DNA of 64,000 nucleotides from Peribolospora baueri. Taxonomy: Eukaryota. Position numbers and translations under genes: made by a program. The stretch covers positions 62,001 through 126,000 of the forward strand of contig JAMDHS010000044.1 of the NCBI GenBank assembly GCA_029717555.1. The letters are read 5' to 3'. Below, piece after piece: positions 10,650 through 22,315 of this stretch. Within the stretch, counting starts at the first letter, position 1; each line of letters begins with the position of its first letter. The notes beneath the pieces were generated by a model, which was given only the letters and a program-made list of their open reading frames with translations, had not been told where the DNA came from and did not search any database.

Positions 10650-13600
10650 CTAGTCCCTCAATCGCCCTAGCAAGGACAGGCGCCCTCTGCCGAGTCGCGA
10701 CCACGATCGGTCGTGTCCCCGCAAGGCACCCTCGCCTTTGCCTACCATCATCTCGTCCCGAGTCTTCACTGCCCGCTGGATAGCCAGCTTGCGGCTGCTG
10801 CCCCATTTGCTCTCCAGGCCTGACATGACGTCCGCCGAGCCGTCCACGCCGTGACCGATGGCGCCGGCGGCGTGGCGGCCGCGAAGCATGAGGCCGACTC
10901 GGCGCAGGTTGTTCAGCTTTCGGACACCGATCCAGGTGAAGAGGCCGGCGGCGACAAAGGCCATGGTCGACGCAATCGCAAACGCGTACGGGTCGTCCTC
11001 GATGTGCGATTTCAGCTGCCAGGCAGCCGGTACCGGGTAGGAAGGAACGACCCAAGTTGGGAGGCGTGAGTTCGAAACGAACCGGATAAGCGTGCTAAAC
11101 GAAACAAACGACAAATAGTTTCGCTTACGTTCATGCCGAACAACCCGGCCCACAGCGTGCCGACTCCGACGCCGAGGGTCGCGATGGACACCTTGAGGTC
11201 CAACGCCAGCAGCTCGTTTCGATTCGAATCTAAGATGAGCTCGACGATCTCTTGCGTCGATTGGACGTTTGCCTGGACAAGGACGGAAAGCGACGGGCGA
11301 AAGATGGGAGAGAGAAAGTCAGTCGGTGTCGCGTCGCCGATGGACGGCGCCTCGCCACTGGCCAACATTCCGAAACCGACACGGCACTCACGTTGATCTG
11401 CTCGACCTCGCTGACAATCTCCTCTACCTGCTTGCTGAAGCTTTCGAGCAACAGCTCCAGCTCGTCGTGGTCGGAAGCTTTGCGAGGTCTGTCCGCCTTG
11501 GCGTCGGAGAGGTACATCTTGGACATGTCGTCGTCTTATTAGCGTCGAGTTGGAGGGAAAAATGAAGTAGACAACCGGTTCGTTGAACATGGCACGCGGA
11601 TGTGGTTCGGAGACGAGCGTCGTGTCGAAAGGCGGAACGGTCGTTAAGAACACACCACCACTCACCCTGCTCCAGGACCTCGTCGATGGCCGCCAGTACA
11701 CCTCTCGCCCTGCTGCCAAATGCCGAGAGCTTCCGCGAGTACTGCAGGAGCAGTCGCAGCTTCTCCCTCTCGATGTCTTCATCGAGCTCCTCGAGCAGCT
11801 CGGATACAAGCGAGCGAAGGTTGGCCATTTCGGACCCCAAGGCATCCGCTACGGACAGAAGGATGGATTCAAGGGCCCTGATATGCGACCGACGCGATAA
11901 AAAAGGAACTTGAGTGGGGGAGAGCGAGCACACCAAGGAAGATGGGACAGCAGCAATTGTCCTGCTACTGCACTCACCTGAACTCATAAGGGAGACCATC
12001 TTCCGTTCGCTTGGGCTTCAGGTTGTGCTGTGGTCGACGAAACCGCAGACGAGACGACCGTTAACGAAGGCTCACGTCGGCCTTGGGCGAATCGACTGGA
12101 ACAGAAAACATGGTGGTGATCGACTGACCTCGAGGTTGTAGACAAAGGCAGAGTGGAGAGTGGAGTCTGAGCTGCCGAACGAGTCGAAGAGCAGCACAGT
12201 ATCGGCTTTGACGAGGGCGCGGATGTGGAGAATGTTCACCTAGGTATACATGGTGGAGTAGCGTGAAGGGCGGGAATGGACGGCCAGTCGATACGGTAGG
12301 CGCATTCATCGATACCAAATGCGCAGGCCGGCGTGGGTGGGAAACGGGAAGGAAGGCGTTTCGGGTGAGCTGCCAATTTCAACCTGGCGACTCCAACCGT
12401 GCAGCCCGAGCGGTGGGGCAAACGAGCGCGAGGCCGGGTAGCGATGACACGACAAGAGCGACCGCCGCCAGTCCCGTTGTGTATACAAAATCGGGTACAT
12501 TTTGTGTACAAGGAGACGGAATTAAGACGGATTCAAAACCAGTGGGACGCACCAAGAAAGCCTCTTTGCGTGGGAGAATGGTTGGTACGAGATTTGGGAC
12601 TCGCGAATCGATTTTGCGCAGGTCTCTGGCCTGAGGGGAGCAAGTGCGGGAAAGTGGAAGAGGAGACCCATGCATGAAAGTGAGACATTGTGGCGCACTA
12701 CAACAGCCGGTCCCTTTCCACTTCCTGTTTTCGGATCAGCGATCCAGAATCCGGCACCGCGTCTCCTTGAAGACAACGTGACCTGGGCGGGAGACGGGTC
12801 GCCACCGGCGCTCACCTCGAGCCCGTGCTCTGAACACAGCTCCGACTTCTTGAATTGGCCCGAAATGACTTTGACGTTGCCTTTAGCATCCAGTATCGTA
12901 CCTATGGAGTAGCGCAGCGTCATGGACGAACAGAGAGGAAACACGAGGGGTTTACCAGAAACAAGATGAGCAAAGGGTCCGCCCATTCGATCATCCACGC
13001 AGGTCCGACAGAGGAGCCGCACTCACACCTCAGCAGCAGTTCGCTCGCCCTCCCCTGGGAACCTTGGCCGGTCCATGGAAAAAGCATGCCACTCAAACCA
13101 GTAGTCCTTCGTCCAACTATGGGTCCCATATCCGAGCTGCTTTTCGCTTCCTCCTCTGTCTTTTTCGTCGTCTTCGATGACGTCCCGGTATGTACGGCTC
13201 GGCGATCAGAGAACGTATTTCTTCCAACCGCCGTCCCGATCGCCAGCCTCAAGCCGGTGCGCCATCCTCGTGCGCCGCAAGACAAGACCGAGAAGACGTT
13301 CGAGGACGTCAATATCGGCGTCTTCGCCATCCTTCCGCCTCCTTCCCTGGTGTGGCCATGTCGCGCACGAGAGACGGGCAGATGCCGCGTCGTGTGGGCG
13401 TCCAGGAGGGAAGGAGATCGGCCCAAAGCAGCTCTAAATCGCTTTCCGCTCTGTCCCTCCGATGCAAAACGAGATGCTCCCAGAGCATGTCGACGGTCCC
13501 CAGGTAACCATTCCGTTAGCAAGTCATTGGCAAACGAGACGGCGGTGAGAGGCAACCCGGCCCAGGCTGATTGCCATGTCGGCCTGGAGCGAGTCTGAGA

Positions 13601-13762
13601 TGCCACAAACGAAGCAGCGGCCTGGAAGTTGGGACTAGGCGCGAAGATATCCTTGAAAAGACCTCTTCGGGGAGGGCGAGGGACCGAGGGTAGGCAAGGG
13701 GGTGTCAAAAGGCACTTGAGGCATGCAAAGCCCGCAGAGGTGGGCCCGGCGGCTCGCTTCAT
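10650..13762 (-). CDS. MRS2: Mitochondrial inner-membrane Mg2+ transporter, CorA/MRS2-LPE10 family (multi-exon)
   Basis: Spliced exons give LLLRCTILDAKG, HGLEARDLRKID, VNILHIRALVK, LPYEFRALE, DHDELELLLE, ILDSNRNELL, and the CorA signature AGLFGMN followed by a second TM helix. Start codon uncertain. MRS2 versus LPE10 paralog not resolved. Confidence 0.88.
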
Positions 13763-14504
13763 GGCCCGTCGGCCGAACGCAAGCCCACGAATCCGGCAAT
13801 CAAACAATCTCAAGGGGCTTTGGCTCGGGTGTTTCCAGAGGCGTGCGACTAGGAAAGTGCCGATGGCAGAGCGGTCGAGCTGTGAAAAAGGGAAAAAGAG
13901 TCAAGAGGCGGCGACAAGGTGGTGAAAGCAGAAGATCGGTTTCCCATTGCAGATCGGTCCGAGCGTAGAATGCTGCGGCAAGCACGTGCAGATGATCGTA
14001 AGTCTTCCTTTTTCTTTTTCTTAGGCCGGAATAGACTACCGAAGCGGAGCGAGCCCAAGGAGTGGGAGGGGGGCGAAGGAGTGGAGGAGGGGGGGAGCTT
14101 GAACACACGCAGACCGGATTAGACGGTCCCTGGGGGCCTGAGCGTCGAGCTGCTCTGCCATGATAGACATCCGTCGACGTGTGCCGTCCCGAAGTGTTGG
14201 CTTCCTCCACGCTCAATATCACACTTGCTACCCGTCACGTTCGCACAGCGGTTGGCGTGCGGAAGACCAAATAGCCGAATACACTAGGCGGAAAGGGAGC
14301 AGACTTCGGGACAACGGCGCCTAAGCCCATATGAATGCACGTTACATATAAAAGCCCGACTTTACCGCCCAGGCGGCGAGATAGCGTATTTGTTGTGGTT
14401 AGAAGAACCGGGAGAGAGGGACGAGGTGCGTGACGTGATGAGCGTGACAGCGCCGACCGCCGCCGGCGACGTCCCACGACCACCGTAGGTCATCCCGAAT
14501 ACCC

Positions 14505-17183
14505 TCACTTCTTCTTGTTTTTCTTCTTCTTTTTTTTCTCCCCGCCGCTGCCGTCGCCGGGCGCTTCCTGCTCCTGCTCACCGGCTCGGCTAACGCCGCC
14601 CTGGATCTCCAGATCGCCTCCCTGCGCCTCCCCGCCCTCCTGGTCCACCTTGGCCCGCGCCTCGACGAAGAACATCAGGTCGCGTACCTGCTCCCTCAGC
14701 TCCTCCACCTCCCCTCTGACCTTGCCCAATTCCGACTCCGTCATTTCGCTCTCCCGCCGCACCTTCTCCAGCCTCTCCATCAGACCCTTGGACACCGATC
14801 GCTCCGCCGCCAGCTCCTTCTCCAGCGTCCGCGCCAAAGATAGAGCCTTCTCTGCGCGCCTCGCCGCTTTCCCTTGCTCTCGCTCCAACGAAGGAACCAC
14901 TTCCTTCTCCAGTTCCTCCAGCCGTGCCTTCCGAGCCTCTTCCTCCTGAGCTGACGTCTCCACCGTCGAGCGACCTCGCTCGAACTGCGATTGCACGTCT
15001 TCCAGCTTAGCCTGTAGCGTTTTCACTTTTTCCTCGTAGAAATCTCGCTGACTCTCCAACTGGGACGTCAAGAGATACGAGTACTCGAGCCCGATCGCTT
15101 CCAGCTTCTCCGGAGCCACCGCATCCGAAGAGCCCGGGTGAGGCGAGTCCCGTCCGGACAAGGAAGAGGTGGATGCCGAAGGCAACTCGACCAGCTTTCC
15201 GTCGGCCTTGTTCTGTATCAATCGATGGACGTAGCTGCACAGCGAGCCGAGGCGAGGCACCGAACGTCATTCAACAATCCTGCCCCGCTCGAGAACTCAG
15301 AAGCGATCTGCTTGAACTCACCCGTCACCAGCATAGTCCCACACTCTGCCAGTCTCCAACTCCATGCTGTACAAGTGACTACTTCTCTCGTAGTGCTCGT
15401 ACGCGTGTGCGCTCCCATATCTTCCGCATCCGATCTTGCCGCATACCAGACATATCCAGAGATTCTCAGTGGTCTGGCAGGAAGCGCACGTGGAAGACGG
15501 CGGCGAGTCGTCGTTCGCTTCGAGCCTGTCCACGCTGCTCAAAGTTCGAGCACCACCGGCCGAAGCCGCTGCCTCGCCAGGTTTTCGGCGCGTCTGTGAA
15601 TATCGACAAACGGGACACCTTATGGACGAGCGAGTGTGGGACAAGCAAGACGTGATAAATCTCCGCGTGAGCAGCATAGTCCGCGATAGCGACTGCGAAG
15701 GTGAAAACAAACGCACCGGCCCTCTCCCCATTTGCTGAGGCACTCGCAGTGAAACGTGTGTTGGCAGAGGATGGTCATCAATCCCGTGATGTTCGCATCC
15801 ATTCTCTCCAGGCACACCGGGCAGGTCGGCAGCTCGTACAGCAGCGGTATGCTCCTCGGCTTGGAAGACACCCCTCCCGCTGCACTCGCAGGATTTAATG
15901 CGGCAGAGGCTGAAGACGGACGGGAAGAAGAGTGTGCTAGGGAAGTAGGAGTTGGCGGGCGGGACGGCGAAGCGACAACCGGCCAAGGGTCCGAATTGGC
16001 CAATAGCGGGAATGAAAAGGCTGCCTTGCTCGTCGATCGTACGGATACCGCTGTGACCCGTACGACATGGCAGATTTCCGCCTAATGGAGACGTGAATAG
16101 GTGCAGCGAAATGAGTCTTACTCTTCCACAGCGCCGTTCGTGCAAAAGATGCTAGACGACCTCTGAACTCACACCCATGGCGTTGAAGGGCTTGCCATTG
16201 AACATGCGGTAAAACTCCACCGCGTCACGTTCGTCCCGGAACTTCATAAGAACCATGCATCGGTTAGGTTGAGAGTCACTGAAAACAGAGTAGCATTAGC
16301 AAAATCGAGTAAGAACGTTATACAAACGAGTGTCGAACACGCCTCTCCTCGCTATCTTAACCACTTCTTGAAAAGCAGGACCAAGACGTGGGTTTCGCTG
16401 CGCTCAAGCTCACCGGATCATCCGTAAATGACTGATCGCCTCCGCAGCCGGAGCAACAAACGCGAGGAAGTCGGCCGCGGTCATGTACGACGGCACAGCG
16501 AGTACGCCCATGATCGTCCCGTCCGACTTCGGTGTTGCGTATTCCTCGTCTTGCTCCCCGTCCTTGATAGGCCTGTCGGTTGCCGTGTCTTCCGTCTGCG
16601 ACCAAGTGCTCTCCTCTGTGTGGTCCCGGAAGACATGTACCACGCCGTAGGCAACATCTGTAGAACCGCTCGCTATTCCCTCGCCCATGAAGCGAGCCAC
16701 AGGCGTGGGCGCTTCAGGTCTCGCTGAAGAGGCGGACGAGGGCACGGCACGGCCTGCAGCTGGTAAAGTCGCCGTAGGAGACTGTCCTCGCACGGCATAT
16801 GCATAGCTCGAGCCACCGGCGATAGGAGGAGAACCTTCCATGGAGCCGTACCTTTGCGTGGAAGGCACGCTGGCCTTGCCGTGATCGAAGGGAGAAATGA
16901 GCCCCAGCGGGCGATCGACCCAGTCGAGGGATATGGGGCCAAAGCGATGATCTAATTGAGGAGCCGAGGTATCGAGATCCGCAAAGGAAGATCCGAAAGA
17001 AGAGGACCTCGTCTTCCAAATGGGCCGATGGACGGGCAGAGACTGAAAAAGATGTTGAGGTAGATATCCGCCAAAGCGCTCCACGTCTTTCTGCTGCTCA
17101 GCGGGCAATCCTCGAGACGCCTCGGAGGAAGATGGATGGGCAGTATCGAGGAGCGAGAGTAATACTCGATACGCTGGAGGCAT
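14505..17183 (-). CDS. ETP1: BRAP2/ETP1-type RING E3 ligase (BRAP2 domain, RING-H2, zf-UBP, coiled coil)
   Basis: Motifs [26 protein letters not shown]...[26 protein letters not shown]...[14 protein letters not shown] and [18 protein letters not shown] introns; Lys-rich C-terminus. Confidence 0.92.
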
Positions 17184-17404
17184 GTTCGCTCAGCGCATCC
17201 TGCTTTAAACAGCCTTGTTGTCCAAGTGGGTGAAAATGGGAGCCCTGTGGTGCTGAAACGGGGAAAAGGTCGTGGTCGTGGTAAGACGAAAGTGATCGGC
17301 GAATGCGTCACTAGTCACGTGAACATCATCAATCAGTAGCTCGTGCAACCCGCACTCCCATCCCAGGAACGACGACGACGACCAGGAGCAACGGCTAGGA
17401 CAAA
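17184..17404. promoter_or_regulatory. Putative bidirectional promoter ETP1/TRAPPC12 with E-box GTCACGTGA (17314-17322)
   Basis: Head-to-head start codons only 221 bp apart; the motif is visible but its function is inferred. Confidence 0.5.
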
Positions 17405-19731
17405 ATGGCTGATAACACCGGGCCGCTTCCCGATCCTTTTGTTGTTGACCCGGACGCCGACCAACCCACACGTACCGACATCTCGGCACCTTTTGCTCAC
17501 TCCACGAGCTCCGACTCGGAGGCTGCTGCTTTCTTCGATCAGCAAGCCCCACTCGAGGAGCAGCACGACCATCTGGAGAATGAACCAGCGGAGGAGGGGT
17601 TGGTTGGGGAGGAGGAGAGCGCGGCTGAGGCTCCGACTTTAAATGCGTCTCAAGTAGTTGAGCACGTCCAGACGTCGGGGCCGGAGGTGTCTTCTTCTGC
17701 GGCTGCTGACATTAGGCCACCACCGCTCGAACACCACCATCACCCGGACGAGACGGAGCGCACCACTCTTGTCGATCTCTCCTCCGACCTTGGACCGCGC
17801 CCATCAACGGAAAATGTTAACTCGCAGTCTGGATCAAACGCTGGTGACCTTCATGCCCTCGAAGGAGGATATCAACATGACGAGGAATCCTTGTCAGCGG
17901 ACCGCGCGACCGTTCCCGCACCTGTGGAAGGCGACGTCTTCATCCCGGAGATTCTCTTTATTCCCCTGTCTCACGTGAGCGCTCCGGTAGCGTTGACTGG
18001 TCTTCTCTTCATCAGGTCTAAGTCTGACACATGCATATCACCTCGCTCGCAGACGGATCCACTCAACACGCTTCTTGTTCGGCACATCCCACCTCACCAG
18101 CGCCCGCCCCGTGATCCTTCCGCGCTTTCCTCTTATACGCATGAGAGTGTCTCTTCTCTCATCTCCGCACAGTCTTGGAGAGCTGTGGCTACTCTCGCTC
18201 GAGACGAGATCCTTGCCCGAACGGGCCGCGGCGAGCGGGAGGTGAAGGAAATACTCCACTTATGGGAGCTCCGATTACACGCCCTCGTGAGGCTCCGGTT
18301 TACGAACCATTTTGCTCGCGAGCTTAGTGCGCTCTGGAGGATGATGGAGAGTGTTTCTGTGCCCGCCTTCTGGGGTGAGCCGATCGACCATCTGGCAGGC
18401 TCTACTAGGGACCGACGCTCGCTTCTCCTCTCGCCGCTTGTTCCTTTTTCGTTACATGTCTTGCGGGCCCGGGCACCTTACGTCGTTCGCGGAGATGGGA
18501 GGCGCTCCGTGGAAGCCTTGTGCGTGCTCATAAGGAACTGCAAGATCGAAGCCAAGCAAGCACGGTTACGGTGCAAAACGGCTGCTGTAGAGGAAGGAGA
18601 GGAGACATGTGGCAAAGCAGCTGACCTAGCGGCTAAAGAGGCGGAGATGTGGAGGGACCGCGGGCTAAGGACCGGTTTGATAGCCGCCAGTCTGCTGGTT
18701 GACATGAAGGTGAGCAAATCCTACTATGCTTATCTCGTCGTTACCATCTGTATGCTCTTCTTTGAACCTTGTCCTGATTTATCGTTTTTCTTCTTACATT
18801 TGCCTACATCTGTGCTAGGACTATCCGTCGGCGCTCGCCCTTCTCGAGCCGCTCCTTTCTTCAGCCGCTTCCGACTCGACTTCCTCATCAGCACGATTAT
18901 TTTCAACCCTCGCGCGTCTCCACCTTGAGGCCGGCTCCCTCACGTCTGCGGCCGAGCTCTTTGAACGAGCACGCCAAAGGGCGCTTTCTGCTTTGTCAGG
19001 TCTCGACGTCAGGCAGGATGAAGATATAGACGCAGAGTCCGTACCAACAGCAAAGGAACCTGGAGGTCAAGTGTCAGCCACGGAGCGCGGAGAAGAGGAG
19101 TACGGTCTGCCGCTGTCTTTGCAACTCATGCTCAAGCGAGACCGCGGCCTTCTAAGCGCCGCTAGAGGGGATTGGGCCGGCGCAGAGGTCGAACTGAGAA
19201 GCGCTCTCGAACTCTCTCCGGGTGACGGGGCTCTGATCAATGACTTGGCGGTCGTCGCTTTCTTTCAGGGTCGACTGCAGGAGGTGCGTGCGCGACACTA
19301 CTGTTTGGCTTGCTTATCTGGGAGGTGTGCTCCGCGGCAGAGCCCGTCCCGCAGTTCTCATGCAGATTCTGAGTCTTCTCGGTTCTTCGATTGCTTACCC
19401 TTTCGGTTTGTTGGCTTGGAAGCCGATCGACCTTCTCGAAGGGCTTTTGCGTGATTCCCCCTCCCAAATGACCAATTGCGAACCGAGTCTTTTCAACCTG
19501 ACCACGTTCTATGAGCTGCGTGGAGACAAGTGAGTCTCGCAAGCGCCGCCCGCTTTTCCATTCAACCTTACCCCTCTCACATATTCCTGACCAATCACCG
19601 TCACTGCCTTTTCTCTCTTGTCGTCTCTCGCTCCTCCGTGTAGCTCCCTAGCGTACAAGCGTAAGGTACTCGTCGAAGTGGCCAAATTTGGCGGTGGCGG
19701 CTTGGGCTCGATCGGCTGCCTTAAGCTCTGA
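17405..19731 (+). CDS. TRAPPC12: TRAPP complex subunit TRAPPC12 (TTC15)-like TPR protein
   Basis: Acidic N-terminus, SWRAVATL and LWELRLHALVRL motifs, and a TPR (LINDLAVVAFFQGRLQEA). The C-terminus PSLFNLTTFYEL...KRKVLVEVAKF...GCLKL matches the TRAPPC12 C-terminal pattern. Several GT-AG introns. Confidence 0.8.
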
Positions 19732-20046
19732 GTCGGCGACACGTCCAGGATCGCATTTCTCGGGCATGGACTACAGCGTACGTAGCGCGCTGGCTGCGAG
19801 CTTTCTATGACACCCGTGCATATAATATACCCGCCCTTTGGCGCAGGGAGAATTCCCCCTCCCTTAAAATCACACCCTGTACCTCCTAAAATTTTCAGCA
19901 ATGGGGAAGATAGAAGAGGCTGCTCGACAGCTCATGGCGACTTAGATGCCAGCACCGGCCTGCGCAGGGCGTGATCGGCTGCCGCAGCGCTCTTCTGGAC
20001 ACCGACCTGACGTTCCGCTCGTCCGAACTGGTTAGCCATGCTGTAG

Positions 20047-21406
20047 ATGATGACAACGACGATGACGATGATGAGGTTCTCCATCGTCCGTCCTTGTCAG
20101 CGCAGCCTGCCCACTGTGAGGCCTTTTGCTGGCGTCTCCCTTTCTCATGCTTTGCGGACCCTTCCGCGAATAAGTACGGCCGCGTCGAGGCTCGTGCAAC
20201 AGCCCGACGGGGGTCGACGTATCGGCCGGGGAGCCTTTTCTTCCATGCGCAGTGAGTGGAGGTCAGCCATCTGCTAAAACCATTCATTTCTGATCCATAT
20301 GAAGCTGCTTCTCCATCCTTCCTTTGGGCCACCGTGCGGGCAGCTTTTGCAACGTCCACGACGCCCAGCTCGTCCGTGTCGGATCCGGCCGAGGAGGAGG
20401 CCCAGCGTGTACTCGAGGAAGGTACGACGGCTCTTGAAGCCGGTGACGTTGCCATCGCAGAGGTGAGGAAGGGATCCACAGGTTTCAGGTGTTCCACCCT
20501 TTACCTTGTTTCCAAGGCTGGGCGCAGGTGGAGGATGATACCTGACACGAGTTCCGCCTCAAAATATCACAGGCCGCTTACTTACGTAGTCTGTCCATCA
20601 AGGAGACTGCCTCGGCTCGCTTCAACCTCGGCGTCTGCTTTTACATGAAAAGTGCGCTCCTATCTCTCTCTGTATTGACTGCTATATTTTTCTGCGCTAG
20701 AAACACGGTCCAATGCTTGTGTTGTTCATTTTATCTTTGGCCTTCGACCCGCTCGAACGATCTTTGCAGGAGATATCCCGGCGGCCATCAAAGCGTGGGA
20801 TCGTTCTTTGGAGCTCGAGCCGGACAGCGCTGACGCACACACCAACCTCGCTAGCGCATACGTGCTAAGCAAACCTGCCCGTCCGGACAAGGCTGTTTCT
20901 CATCTTAAGTGAGTAATCGTGCTGTCGTCAACCTCAATGCGCACGGAACTCAACATCCCTCCGCTTCGCGTCCTCCCGCTTTGGTTCCGTCACCTAGGTC
21001 TGCTCAAGCTCTCGCTCCCTCCGACCCCGAGATTGCCTTCAATTTGGGCGCAGTGCTTGAAGCATGCGACCAGCTCGAAGATGCATTGGTCGAGTATGGC
21101 AAGGCAGTGCAAGGCGGCATCGAGCGAGCCGAGCAGAACGTGCGCAATGTGAGTGACGGAGAGATGGTCCCAGCGGCTCCCATCGCTCAAGATGCTCAGT
21201 GTCATATTGTGGACCGTCCGCTTTGCTCTCTCCAGGTGACCGCGAAGCTCGTGGGTGCCAAGGCGAGGAGCGACGCGGAAGCCATTTCAATGGGGGAAGA
21301 GCCGGGGAAGTCCGAGTTTGAAAACGAAGAGACCCTGAAGAAGGCGGCAGAAGAGGCGACTGAAGCGGCGGCGAGAGAGGCGGACGCTCTTAAGGACAAG
21401 AAGTGA
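20047..21406 (+). CDS. TPR-repeat protein with mitochondrial presequence-like N-terminus (multi-exon)
   Basis: Arg/Ser-rich exon 1 (MRFSIVRPCQRSLP...). Spliced TPR motifs: LEEGTTALEAGD, ARFNLGVCFY, DAHTNLASAY, PEIAFNLGAVLEACDQLEDAL. Exact start among several ATGs is uncertain. Confidence 0.75.
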
Positions 21407-21469
21407 CGTGCAGGTCGTCGAGTACTTTAGAGTGTGTTCTGTATGTACCAGCATAGTACGTGTTTGGGC

Positions 21470-21850
21470 TATTGAGGCCTCCTATCCAGCGATCAACGAG
21501 CGTGAACTGGAGCAGCTTCGAGGCGACATCTGTTACGTCCATACGCTTTCTCGCAAATCCGATTTTAACGACACCTCGACCACCCGTCGCCATCCCACGT
21601 TATATAATTTTCATCCCGAGTTGTTCGGTGATGGGAGCATCACGACTCGATCAGTCCACATGATGAAGATTTGGACCTCGTCGTTGACGGTCCTCTCACC
21701 GTCGACGATCCTCTCACCGCCGACGACAGTGTCGACACGCTTTTAAAATGGTTGCCTAAGGCAGAAGCTCGCTTGCTCGCTGCCCTGCTCGTCGTCATGT
21801 CTCCTTGGCTCTCTTTCATTCTTCATAGAGCTCCTTCGAGTCCACCAGTA
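21470..21850 (-). pseudogene. Degenerate HP1/Swi6-like chromo-shadow domain remnant
   Basis: Minus-strand fragments F*KRVDTVVGGER[IVDGER]TVNDEVQIFIMW (21748-21656) and MATGGRGVVKIGFARK...SKLLQF (21593-21504) align by eye to the fungal chromo-shadow pattern. Interrupted by an in-frame TAA, an 18-bp duplication and a frameshift. Confidence 0.45.
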
Positions 21851-22058
21851 AATATATCGGAAGCGGGCGCTCGTTCTCAAAGACATTATCACCACGGTGG
21901 CGGATACGGCGTGGTATCATGTTTCGGGTTCACGTGGGGTATACACTTGGGAAGCGGGTATCCAGGTCGGTTATCCGCCAGGTGTCGACGCGGCTCAAAG
22001 GGGAAAGGGGTCGCGCACAGAAGAGGTGGGAGGAACGAACTAACGCCAAAGAACCCAA

Positions 22059-22122
22059 AGAAAACCAAGTCTGTAGAAAACCAAGTCCGTAGAAAACCAA
22101 GTCCGTGAAAAATCAAGTCCGT
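22059..22122. repeat. 4 x 16-bp tandem repeat (AGAAAACCAAGTCCGT consensus)
   Basis: Units agaaaaccaagtctgt / agaaaaccaagtccgt / agaaaaccaagtccgt / gaaaaatcaagtccgt. Confidence 0.92.
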
Positions 22123-22315
22123 GACACATATGTGATCAAGATATTGGGAATAAGTAAGGCTCCGGAACGATATCGGGAAAGGGAGCAGGCGCTCTCACGT
22201 CTCCTCTTCCCATGGTGCTAAACTGAAGAAAGCTGAAACAAACGCAATGCGCAGGGACGACCGTCCATCCTGCTTCTTACGGGCGGAAGAGAAGCTGACG
22301 AGCAACGCACCACCC

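Noticed and set aside
19700..21420. Cryptic peroxisomal targeting by stop-codon readthrough
   Set aside because: The stops checked here (TRAPPC12, TPR gene) and at POL1 and RGD1 lack the TGA-CTA context, and the C-termini are not canonical PTS1.
22059..22122. CRISPR-like array
   Set aside because: Contiguous repeats without spacers, no cas genes, eukaryotic context.
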